A stretch of 29,383 nucleotides of DNA, taken from the IMG/VR virus record IMGVR_UViG_3300020042_006910, positions 1 through 29,383 of that record, one strand, 5' to 3'. Source of the stretch: a virus (Duplodnaviria; Caudoviricetes). Positions 1 to 7,753 of this stretch are shown here, in pieces (positions within the stretch are counted from its first letter, which is position 1; every line of letters starts with the position of its first letter). The position numbers were made by a program, and so were the translations under genes. Under the pieces are notes generated by a model. That model did no database searches and was not told the origin of the DNA. It saw only the letters and a list, made by a program, of their open reading frames with translations.

Positions 1-15
1 GACTTGCCAACCTCG

Positions 16-490
16 GGAGGATGTGGCTTGTTTGCGGCGTCGAGAGTGTGGAAACGAACGACGAAAGATTTCTGGAACGCCGTGAGGACCATCCTCCGTT
101 TCCGAAAGCCCCGCCCTAGTAATCCACACTCCTAGGCGCGGGGCTTTTCCTTTCCAGCGGAAACCTCCCGGACATAGCCAAGCAAGGGAGGAACGCTAAA
201 ACGACCGCACCTGAGCTAGTTGGAAAATCAAAGGTTGCTGGATGTGCTTCTTGTCCGATCCAGCGTAATAAGTCGGCTCTCGAAAGGAGCGGCAAACCTT
301 GTGGCTTCGGGATACCGAAAGAGTGCTTACTGCGACAATCCTTCACTCTGCCACAAGGTCCGGTTCGTCCGGTGTTGAAAGCGATGGATGGCTCCGAAGC
401 GAGTATTTCAAAGTTGGATGCAGTTGTTCCCGTAACTGGGACAATTGTATCCGCTTCCGAATCCACCAAACCGAGTCTTGGATTGTTCAT
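16..490 (+). ncRNA. Candidate structured non-coding RNA (may begin left of the window)
   Basis: Many stems: 105-119/132-147, 237-243/258-264, 276-290 (C-GAAA-G loop), 296-305/350-359 enclosing 306-310/315-319 and 320-325/344-349, and 416-430/438-452 (15 bp with three G-U pairs that only form on the + strand). Confidence 0.5.
105..153 (+). terminator. Terminator-like GC-rich hairpin followed by TTTTCCTTT
   Basis: AAAGCCCCGC-CCTAG / CTAGG-C-GCGGGGCTTT stem with 12-nt loop and a T-rich tail; A-run on the 5' side makes it potentially bidirectional. Confidence 0.5.
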
Positions 491-494
491 GGCT

Positions 495-608
495 TCACTT
501 AAACGCTATCGCCAGCCATAGAAAGATGATCGTCAGAACCAACGCTGGCGGGAATAGCAGCCCGATGAAAAGGAACATGACGGCGATTAGAATGCAGATG
601 GTTTTCAT
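495..608 (-). CDS. 37-aa hydrophobic membrane peptide (not in ORF track)
   Basis: MKTICILIAVMFLFIGLLFPPALVLTIIFLWLAIAFK; AAAGGAGG ribosome-binding site and ATGA overlap with the upstream gene. Confidence 0.75.
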   Translation of the reverse strand: MKTICILIAVMFLFIGLLFPPALVLTIIFLWLAIAFK

Positions 609-835
609 GGTGCCTCCTTTCTGACAAACTCAGACAGGCATGCCATACAAAACCAGCAGGGACCATTGATAGCCACGTGCGGATGATTAGCGTCAACCCA
701 TTGAATGTTACTTTTGGTGCAACCGCAAAGCCAGTCGTGGATTGTTGGAGAAACCGGAGCGATTGGCATTTCAGGCAATGGGCTTTTCCAATCCGGCGAG
801 TATCCGACATGGCCGGTTGTGATGTTGTCGTTCAT
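605..835 (-). CDS. Hypothetical phage protein with Cys motifs (WLCGC, CWFCMAC)
   Basis: 76-aa ORF tightly packed in the operon; possible Zn-binding. Confidence 0.65.
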   Translation of the reverse strand: MNDNITTGHVGYSPDWKSPLPEMPIAPVSPTIHDWLCGCTKSNIQWVDANHPHVAINGPCWFCMACLSEFVRKEAP

Positions 836-838
836 AGG

Positions 839-1135
839 TCAAAAGGGGATACTGGATTGGTCATCATCATCCTGCGGCTGGTAAGCGTTAGCCTTGGCCA
901 CGTTGTGTTGCGTCTGCGGCGGTGCTTGTTGCGCCTCCCTTGGTTTCGGCTCGTATAGACTAAGCCAGCCAGACCAGTCCGGTCCAACGGGAATCGTCTC
1001 CAGCTTGATGCTGATTTGTCCTTGCTCGTTCGTAAATGCCTTGCCGACATTGAGGTAACGCTTTTTCTCGTTGCCTTGGTTGTCCTTGTAGGTTCCGTTA
1101 GTTGCTACAACGTCAAATGTGTATTTTGCTGCCAT
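839..1135 (-). CDS. Small single-stranded DNA-binding-like protein
   Basis: Beta-rich N-terminus, Gln/Pro linker and acidic tail QDDDDQSSIPF resembling the SSB C-terminal DDDIPF motif; lies downstream of DnaB. Confidence 0.7.
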   Translation of the reverse strand: MAAKYTFDVVATNGTYKDNQGNEKKRYLNVGKAFTNEQGQISIKLETIPVGPDWSGWLSLYEPKPREAQQAPPQTQHNVAKANAYQPQDDDDQSSIPF

Positions 1136-1139
1136 TGTT

Positions 1140-1322
1140 TTAGTCTTCTTTTGTTATTTTGGTTTCAGTCACGATGAACGTCTCAATGCCCATCCGTTTC
1201 ATTTTAATGAATTTGTCATTCTGCCGCTTGTGCCGGAACCGGACATTGCTTTGTCCGTTTGTGCCGGTGATGAACGGGTGATCCTCCAATGGCATTCGTT
1301 TGATTACAGATTCGTATTTCAT
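1140..1322 (-). CDS. Hypothetical protein
   Basis: 60-aa ORF, ATGA-coupled to the upstream gene. Confidence 0.6.
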   Translation of the reverse strand: MKYESVIKRMPLEDHPFITGTNGQSNVRFRHKRQNDKFIKMKRMGIETFIVTETKITKED

Positions 1323-1573
1323 GCGTCTTTTGTTTGGTTGAAAATCTCAGGGTGTCCTGCGATATGATCGTTAATCGACTCGTGGGTATCGTTCAGCCCG
1401 AAATCATGCGAAATGGCCAGCAGTCGCAATCCGTAGCCTTTTGCAAGCTGTCTGGCTTCGTTTCGTTCGCGTTCCATCATCCTCGCAAACTCCGCAGGAA
1501 CTGGATTGGTTGGCACGTTGATTTGATGATAGCACTGTTCGGCCATCGCGTCACTCTCCGGCGTATCACTCAT
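1319..1573 (-). CDS. Hypothetical phage protein (SDTPESDA ... FARMMERERNEAR coiled-coil type)
   Basis: 84-aa ORF, ATGA-coupled on both sides. Confidence 0.7.
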   Translation of the reverse strand: MSDTPESDAMAEQCYHQINVPTNPVPAEFARMMERERNEARQLAKGYGLRLLAISHDFGLNDTHESINDHIAGHPEIFNQTKDA

Positions 1574-1758
1574 GGCTTCGTCATCCTTTCTGCTCTTTCC
1601 AGTAAGTCGCGCTTTGACTGCATCAGGAAGTGCAATTCGACAACCGCAGCGTCGTGCATCTTGCCTATTTGCTCCTGGTGCCGGTCCATCATCTCGATCT
1701 TGGCATCAACTACGGCCATGTCGCGGCGTAGGTGTTCTAGGTCTAGTTCTTTGCTCAT
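1570..1758 (-). CDS. Hypothetical coiled-coil protein
   Basis: 62-aa ORF, ATGA-coupled on both sides. Confidence 0.65.
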   Translation of the reverse strand: MSKELDLEHLRRDMAVVDAKIEMMDRHQEQIGKMHDAAVVELHFLMQSKRDLLERAERMTKP

Positions 1759-1940
1759 TGGTTGGTTTCTAATTCGTTGGTTTCTCGCTGTATGGCTTCC
1801 CGCTCGGCATAATGTTCAATTTCCAATGCTAAATCGATCAGCCCTTCGTCTGTCCAATTCGCCGCCCGCCGTTTTGCCAAGTCCTTGGTTCGTTCTAGCA
1901 GTTCCGCGAGTCGGTCTGATATTTTATTCGTGGTTGTCAT
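1755..1940 (-). CDS. Hypothetical protein
   Basis: 61-aa ORF overlapping the end of dnaB. Confidence 0.6.
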   Translation of the reverse strand: MTTTNKISDRLAELLERTKDLAKRRAANWTDEGLIDLALEIEHYAEREAIQRETNELETNQ

Positions 1941-3195
1941 TGTTGGTTTCTATTGGTTTGCCTTCCTGAAATCTCTGAATTGCGCCGTGCAGGTAAAGCG
2001 GCAGCAAATCGTTTCTGACTCCATCGCGGAGCTTTACCACTTTAATGCCGTCCTCGACGATGATAAAAAGCGCGTCGGCGTCCTGCTCGATTGCGCGGGA
2101 CTCGCGGGATTGGCCAGCCTCGTTTAGCTGAGTCGCGGAAATGACCGGGCAATGCAGTTCCTTAGCAAGCTGTTTCAAACTCCCTGAAACTCGCGCAACT
2201 TCCTCTTCCCGCGATTCGTTTTTCTGCCGGTTTCCCCGAATCAATTGCAGGTAATCCACGACGACCAGCGACAGCTTGCCGGTCATGTCCCGCAATCGGG
2301 TTGCCTCGCCCAAAATACTTTCGACGTTCTGGTTCGCGGTGTCGTCGATCCAAAGCGGCGACTTGGCGAGCATTGCCGTCCATGTCCGAATGTGTTGCAT
2401 GTCGCCCTTCGTGGCCTTTCTCGGCTGGGTCAAAACGCCGTAGTTGATCCGCCCCAGGGTCGAAAGCAATCTTGCGGCCACGACATGGCGCATCATTTCT
2501 AGGCTGAAAATGGCCACGGGTTTGTCGCGCTGAAGGAACTCGCAAGCAATTTGCAGGAGCAAGACCGATTTCCCCCGGCTCGGTTTCCCTCCGATGATCC
2601 AAAGCTCGCCCGGTTTCATCCCGCCGCTGATTCCGTCGATTGGAGGGATGCCGGTTGATTCGCCGGGAATCTCGCCCGCTTCGTAGGACGCCGACAGACG
2701 CGCTAGGAACTCGTCCATCGCAACCTTGCCGCCAACCGACCTTCGCGGCCCTTTGACGGCGTCCCTGAGCGCAAGCAATAGGCTTTCCGCCTGTCCGATG
2801 GCATCGCCGGAGTCGCCAGCCTCACCGAGTCGCACGGATTGGAGGATGGCGAGGCGGATGGCGTAGGTTTCCCGAAGCTGGGTGACATAGGCTGGCCATT
2901 GCGCGGAACTCCCGCAAGCGTAGGTGAAGATTCCGACAATCTCGCCGTGACCGCCGACCCGATCCAGCGCACCGGCAATCTGCAAGGACTGGATAAACGG
3001 CCCCAGGTCAAATGACTTGTGAGATCGGAAATATCCGGTCAACTCGTCGTAAAGGTGCCGGTGATGGAAAAACATCTCGCCGGTCAATCCCTCGCCAAAT
3101 GCCCGCCTGACGTTGGTTTCCGGGTTGTCCATCATGCAGGATAGCAGGTATTTCTCTGCCATGACTGCGGACGGGAGTGGTTGCGGCTCGGTCAT
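1924..3195 (-). CDS. dnaB: Replicative DNA helicase, DnaB family
   Basis: Walker A GKPSRGKS, FSLEM, Walker B VVVDYLQLI, ATQLN, SRAIEQDAD; DnaB-type N-terminal domain. Confidence 0.95.
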   Translation of the reverse strand: MTEPQPLPSAVMAEKYLLSCMMDNPETNVRRAFGEGLTGEMFFHHRHLYDELTGYFRSHKSFDLGPFIQSLQIAGALDRVGGHGEIVGIFTYACGSSAQWPAYVTQLRETYAIRLAILQSVRLGEAGDSGDAIGQAESLLLALRDAVKGPRRSVGGKVAMDEFLARLSASYEAGEIPGESTGIPPIDGISGGMKPGELWIIGGKPSRGKSVLLLQIACEFLQRDKPVAIFSLEMMRHVVAARLLSTLGRINYGVLTQPRKATKGDMQHIRTWTAMLAKSPLWIDDTANQNVESILGEATRLRDMTGKLSLVVVDYLQLIRGNRQKNESREEEVARVSGSLKQLAKELHCPVISATQLNEAGQSRESRAIEQDADALFIIVEDGIKVVKLRDGVRNDLLPLYLHGAIQRFQEGKPIETNNDNHE

Positions 3196-3923
3196 AGGGA
3201 AATGTCGGAGCCTCTAAGCTCGCGGGATTTTGGGGTGGCGCCGTTGATTTGCCGGGATCGGTCTAGCTCGCCGGGGAAGTTGTTCAAAAATGTCAACAAG
3301 TCCCGCCGATGCCTCCCGTCATTCCCCTTGGCCATTTCCCGCTCGGTGTATTGGCAGACGGATTCCAAGTCTTCCGGGCTGACTGGCATTGCGGCCTTGA
3401 ATGCTCGAATCTCTTTTGCGCTCCATTGGGTTGACGGCCGGCGGTTGTAAACCTTAGCAATTCGGATGGCTTCTGGCGATGTTGGGCGAGTATCTTTTGG
3501 CTCTTCCTCTTCTCTTCCTTTCCTTTCCTCTTCCTTTCCTCTTCCTATCCTATAGGGTAAGCCTACCCTATTGCTAGGGTAAGTGAATCCATGCGAATTC
3601 TCAATCAATCCGTGCCTTTCGACAGATTCCAAGATTTTCTTGTGAGCGGGACAAGATGCCGAAAGATTGCCGTATTGGAACCGGATGAACTTTGGAAGGA
3701 ACAGTTTGCCGCCTTCCAAGCGTTGCACGCGGTCGCCAAGCTCGTCTAGGGTCGCCTCGGTTATCTTTACCTTGCAGTCTTGTGACGCAAGCTCACAGTC
3801 GATCTCAATCAGTCCGATATGGTCGCAATGGTCGAGAATGTAAAACCAAAGCATTTTCGCCGGTCCAGACAAGCGCCGGAACCATGGGTCGGACCATCGG
3901 AGAGTTTCGGCAAAGCGTTTCAT
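3192..3923 (-). CDS. Phage replication initiator (replisome organiser-like)
   Basis: N-terminal WSDPWFRRLS...KMLWFYILDHCD, charged linker, small helical C-terminal domain, immediately upstream of dnaB; start reassigned to ATG 3923 (ATGA overlap). Confidence 0.7.
   Translation of the reverse strand: MKRFAETLRWSDPWFRRLSGPAKMLWFYILDHCDHIGLIEIDCELASQDCKVKITEATLDELGDRVQRLEGGKLFLPKFIRFQYGNLSASCPAHKKILESVERHGLIENSHGFTYPSNRVGLPYRIGRGKEEERKGREEEEPKDTRPTSPEAIRIAKVYNRRPSTQWSAKEIRAFKAAMPVSPEDLESVCQYTEREMAKGNDGRHRRDLLTFLNNFPGELDRSRQINGATPKSRELRGSDISL
3501..3583. repeat. Putative replication origin: 46-nt pyrimidine tract plus three TAGGGTA copies
   Basis: 3501-3546 contains only C/T; TAGGGTAAG at 3553-3561 and 3575-3583; palindrome ATAGGGTA-AGCC-TACCCTAT at 3552-3571; located in the initiator linker as in lambdoid origins. 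Confidence 0.5.
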
Positions 3924-4360
3924 TTTGGTTGCTTTTCTACCCATTCCGCCCACCGCGAACAGAAGTCATAAACCCCGCTTTTGTCGGCATCTTTAAGCGG
4001 CGTGATTTTCCCGTTGTGATGCCAGACCTCAAAGCATGTGGTGTCGCCCCCGTCATTTGTCCCGACAAGCAGCACCGTAAATCTCCCGGTGTTGATAAGG
4101 GACTTCAGTGCGGCGTGTTGGCCTCTCGGAATCCTCCCGTTTCTCATGGCCGACTCATGCTTGAATTCCATTCGTAAAAAATGGCCTGAAATTTCAACTT
4201 CGCCGTCAATATCTGTCGGAAGGATGCCTCTCGGAAAAGCTCCTTTTAGCCATCCATAAACCTGCGGCATCTTTGACATGATAAACGCTTCTGGCCTCTT
4301 GATCCCAGCGTCATAGCAGGCATCCAAAAACTTCAAAACCCTATCTTCTTGGAGGTTCAT
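3920..4360 (-). CDS. PD-(D/E)XK nuclease-fold protein
   Basis: PTDIDG...MEFK followed by GQHAALKSL; start reassigned to ATG 4360 (ATGA overlap with the MT-A70 stop). Confidence 0.6.
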   Translation of the reverse strand: MNLQEDRVLKFLDACYDAGIKRPEAFIMSKMPQVYGWLKGAFPRGILPTDIDGEVEISGHFLRMEFKHESAMRNGRIPRGQHAALKSLINTGRFTVLLVGTNDGGDTTCFEVWHHNGKITPLKDADKSGVYDFCSRWAEWVEKQPK

Positions 4361-5364
4361 AGCTTGATTAGTTCCTCCACGATTTGATTGCCAAACACCG
4401 TCCATCCGGTTCGTGGGGAGCGCCCAAAAAGCTCAAGGAACGGCCCGGGTGACAACTTTTCGATTGAGTGACGAACAATCTCAGGTTTTGCGCTGTGCGC
4501 TCCCCGCTTGCATTCGATCCAGCTTTTCTCAGACCGACTCAAGGCTGTTTGCCCGCCTTTTACGGCAAGCAACATGATTTCGTGGGAGTTGCGCCAGTAG
4601 TTGCCAATGCCAAAAGACGATTTCGCCCAAACGAAAGTGCTTTTAAACTCGAATCCCCAGGCGTCAAAAATCTTAGGGCATTCAAAAAGGAAAGCGTTAG
4701 TCGTCCACAGGTGAAGATGGCATTTGTCAGCGCAAAGATCCTTAATTGGCATGGCGCAAATCTCGTCAACGCTCATGTCGCCAGCGTAGTGATTGTCAGT
4801 TGACGCCCGTGTTCCTTGATTGTTGTAGCGCCATGGAGGGTCAGCGTAAATCGTCCCGAACTTTTGCCCGCTGGCGACAAGCTCGGCAAGGTCGGTGCAT
4901 GTGGAGTCCGTCCTTTCCGGTGGCCTCGCCCCATTCTTTGGGGCGATGGAATTTGCTATTTTCAGCAAGCCAGCCGTGGAAATTTCCCGCCCTAAAATGT
5001 CAGCGGTGTTGACGTATTCCTCAAACGTGGATTCAGGAACTTTTGATGACCGCTGCCACCGGGACGATTGCATTTTTGTGATGCCGAGGTTTTCAAGTTT
5101 CGTGATGTTACTTGATTTCCTGTCTCCTCCCTGACTGCCCTTGCCGTCCATCCCCGCCAGCAATTGCCCAGCCTTGCGCTCGGCTGTCAGCTTGATCCTG
5201 CACGCCTTATTGATGACCGGCAGCGCCGCTCCCGCTCGCTTTGCATAGGTTCTGGCGGCTTCCGCAATATCGGCAATATCCGCCGCCTCTGAAGGTGTGG
5301 CAACTTCTGACAGCGCAAACTCAGCGCGGTTCAGTCTTGCAACGATTATGTCGGATTCACTCAT
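4357..5364 (-). CDS. MT-A70 family adenine methyltransferase with an N-terminal helical domain
   Basis: IYADPPW, LHLWTTN, WGFEFKS-FVWAK, GIGNYWRNSHE, HSAKP, LELFGR, WTVFGNQ; start reassigned to ATG 5364. Confidence 0.93.
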   Translation of the reverse strand: MSESDIIVARLNRAEFALSEVATPSEAADIADIAEAARTYAKRAGAALPVINKACRIKLTAERKAGQLLAGMDGKGSQGGDRKSSNITKLENLGITKMQSSRWQRSSKVPESTFEEYVNTADILGREISTAGLLKIANSIAPKNGARPPERTDSTCTDLAELVASGQKFGTIYADPPWRYNNQGTRASTDNHYAGDMSVDEICAMPIKDLCADKCHLHLWTTNAFLFECPKIFDAWGFEFKSTFVWAKSSFGIGNYWRNSHEIMLLAVKGGQTALSRSEKSWIECKRGAHSAKPEIVRHSIEKLSPGPFLELFGRSPRTGWTVFGNQIVEELIKL

Positions 5365-5462
5365 GATGTAAAAAGGCGCACCCTTGCGGCCAAGCTGTCT
5401 TGCCGATCCCATCGGGACCGCAGCCTAGCGCACAAGGGCGCATTTGATTGATTCGTTTTCAT
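5361..5462 (-). CDS. Putative 33-aa leader peptide (uORF) coupled to the MT-A70 gene
   Basis: MKTNQSNAPLCARLRSRWDRQDSLAARVRLFTS; its TGA overlaps the MT-A70 ATG and it runs through the leader stem-loop. Confidence 0.4.
   Translation of the reverse strand: MKTNQSNAPLCARLRSRWDRQDSLAARVRLFTS
5370..5442 (-). promoter_or_regulatory. Structured 5' leader, terminator/attenuator-like
   Basis: GCGCCCTTGTG/CGCAAGGGTGC outer stem, CTAGGCTG/CAGCTTGG middle stem, CGGTCCC/GGGATCG inner hairpin, then TTTTT; G-U pairs favour the minus strand. Confidence 0.6.
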
Positions 5463-5501
5463 TCCGGCAAGATCGGGACGGTCGCCACTGGCAACGGCTC
5501 A

Positions 5502-5529
5502 AATTTAACGGTTGCGGGTTAGATGTCAA
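5502..5529 (-). promoter_or_regulatory. Sigma70-type promoter
   Basis: TTGACA (5529-5524), 16-nt spacer, TAAATT (5507-5502) in an intergenic gap. Confidence 0.65.
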
Positions 5530-5537
5530 CCGGAGGG

Positions 5538-7736
5538 TTAAAACAGGGAAAGCTGTGACTTTGCGTTCTTCAGGTTTTGAGTCGCTTGCATGAAATACGA
5601 CTCCTTCAGTTCGCTTCCGACAAATCGCCGGTTCAACTCCAATGCCCCGACTCCTTCGCTTCCAATGCCCGTGAAAGGCGAATAAACCAAGTCGCCCTCG
5701 TTTGTCCACAATTCGATTGCTCGCTCGATAACATCAAGCTGTAACGGGCAGATGTGCCGCTCGTCTTGCTGGTCCCTCGCGCCGTCTTTGTTTAAGACTC
5801 GGCCTTGGTCAACGGTCATCCATACCGGGCTGGCAACCTCCTGCCACCAGTCAACCGGATACTTTGACGGGTCTTTTGTAACAGGTTCCATGTTCTCCCC
5901 CGGTTTGCGGAATACAAGCAAATAGTCCGCGCAACCTACACGCGAGTCGCAAGAATCCGCCTTGAGTGTCTTGTAAAGCAAGCCGTGAGCTTTCGTCCGT
6001 TGCATCTCGGTCACTGGCGATTTCCAAATACAGATTCGGGAATGAAACATGAAGTCATGCTTCCAGAACATACGCACAATCTCTCCGCTGAAATCCTGAA
6101 ACTCAATCTTGCCGTGCTTCCATTTCGTCGAGAGCAGGTCAACGCAATGGACCGCAACCTCGCGTCCTGGCTTCATGATTCGCGCAATCTCTTCAATCAG
6201 TATCTCGAAATGCCCGCGAAACTCTTCAAGGTTAGCGCAATTCCCCATGTCTTGCATGTCATCCGAGTAAGTGAACAGGTCTGCGAATGGCGGCGAAAAT
6301 ACCGAAAAGTCAATCGAATCGTCTGGAATGGTTTTTGCTACCCTAACGCAATCTCCATGGTGCAATTCCCATCCGTCTCCCGTTGTCGTGTTAATGTCAG
6401 TTTTCATTTTGATGTGTTTCTTGTTGGTTTCCTTGAATGCGACTGCGGCAATTTTCATCCGCTCTTGCATCTCCTGATGCTGTGCTATTTTCCGATTGAT
6501 TGACTTGGTAATCGCGCCTTCGGTTGACGCTTGAACGATGAATGCGTTGACCTCTTTCGCTTGGCCGAATCGGTAGGACCGTCGCAAGGATTGATAGAAG
6601 TCCTCGAATGAGTAAGATAGCCCGACAAACGCGACGTTGCGGCAGTTCTGCAAGTTCATGCCATACCCAAAGATGCCAGCCTTGGAAATCAAAACCCGGA
6701 TGTTTCCGTCAATGAATCCATCCGCCGAATCCTCTTTCTTCTTTGCGGTATCGCTTCCCCTGACCTCACATCCATCCTTGATTGCCTTTGCCAACTGCCC
6801 GCTTTCGTCGTTCGTGTTGCACCAAACGATCCATTGTTCGGTTGATGCGTTGACCAACTCCGCAACCTTGGCGACACGATCCGGCGAAGTCATGCGCATT
6901 TCCCGGTGCATCGTGGTTGCGCTCATCGTCGCGTGTCGGAACATATCGCCCTCGCCAGCCCCGGAAACCTCGTCAACGTCAACCACGATGGATTGCAGAT
7001 TGAGAGCGGGGAGAATATATCCTTCGTCGCTGAATCCGATGTCTGATGGCTTTCCGATGCAAGCGGCCCATGATGAAACCCACTCCCAAAAGGCGGTTTC
7101 AGCGTGTTTCTTGAGCCTCCAGTCGCCAGTGTTGAACGTGTCATTCAGGAAGAAAGTCGCCAGCATTTGTGCGGGCGAGCATATCCCTAGAAAGTCGGCA
7201 TGTTGTCCAAACTCTGTATAATCGTTAGGCGATGGAGTGGCCGTGCAGCAAAGCCGATACGGTGTTTTTGAGAATGAATCCGTTAGCTTCTTTCGGAGTT
7301 TGCCGGTGAAGTTCTTCAGGATTGAAGACTCATCAAGGACGACTCCAACAAAAGCGGAGCAATCGAAATGATCTAGCTTTTCATAGTTCGTGATGAAGAT
7401 TCCCGGCCCGTCGCACTCGGATTGCTCCTTTACGACTTTGGCAGCAATTCCAAATTTGACGGCTTCCCGTTCCGTCTGATGCGCCACGGAAAGCGGGGTC
7501 AAAATGATTACCATGCCCCCGATTTCCATCACGACCTGATGCGCCCACTCTAATTGTTGCAAAGTCTTACCAAGTCCGCAGTCCTCGAACAGCGCTGCCT
7601 TCCCTGTCCTGCATGCCCATTGGACAACATGCGCTTGCCAGTCGAATAATGGTGCGGTGATCGGCCTTGGTTCAAATCCGCTGACGATGTGCTTGCGGTT
7701 TTTCGATATGATAAACTCGTCGTATGTCTGTGTCAT
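5538..7736 (-). CDS. SF2 (SNF2-like) helicase fused to an N4C/N6A DNA methyltransferase
   Basis: EDCGLGKT, VLDESS, TATP, GMNLQ, QSLRRSYRFGQ helicase motifs; C-terminal FSPPF catalytic motif precedes SPFTGIGSEG SAM-binding motif (beta-class order); start reassigned to ATG 7736. Confidence 0.92.
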   Translation of the reverse strand: MTQTYDEFIISKNRKHIVSGFEPRPITAPLFDWQAHVVQWACRTGKAALFEDCGLGKTLQQLEWAHQVVMEIGGMVIILTPLSVAHQTEREAVKFGIAAKVVKEQSECDGPGIFITNYEKLDHFDCSAFVGVVLDESSILKNFTGKLRKKLTDSFSKTPYRLCCTATPSPNDYTEFGQHADFLGICSPAQMLATFFLNDTFNTGDWRLKKHAETAFWEWVSSWAACIGKPSDIGFSDEGYILPALNLQSIVVDVDEVSGAGEGDMFRHATMSATTMHREMRMTSPDRVAKVAELVNASTEQWIVWCNTNDESGQLAKAIKDGCEVRGSDTAKKKEDSADGFIDGNIRVLISKAGIFGYGMNLQNCRNVAFVGLSYSFEDFYQSLRRSYRFGQAKEVNAFIVQASTEGAITKSINRKIAQHQEMQERMKIAAVAFKETNKKHIKMKTDINTTTGDGWELHHGDCVRVAKTIPDDSIDFSVFSPPFADLFTYSDDMQDMGNCANLEEFRGHFEILIEEIARIMKPGREVAVHCVDLLSTKWKHGKIEFQDFSGEIVRMFWKHDFMFHSRICIWKSPVTEMQRTKAHGLLYKTLKADSCDSRVGCADYLLVFRKPGENMEPVTKDPSKYPVDWWQEVASPVWMTVDQGRVLNKDGARDQQDERHICPLQLDVIERAIELWTNEGDLVYSPFTGIGSEGVGALELNRRFVGSELKESYFMQATQNLKNAKSQLSLF

Positions 7737-7753
7737 TTTCTTCGTTCTTTCAG

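Noticed and set aside
116-490. 124-aa minus-strand ORF
   Set aside because: No recognisable motifs and it is the antisense of a stem-rich region whose G-U pairs favour the + strand; not fully excluded because its ATG follows the previous stop by 4 nt
5538-7736. Type III or Type ISP restriction enzyme
   Set aside because: No nuclease or target-recognition domain apparent in the fusion; context is a phage DNA metabolism module
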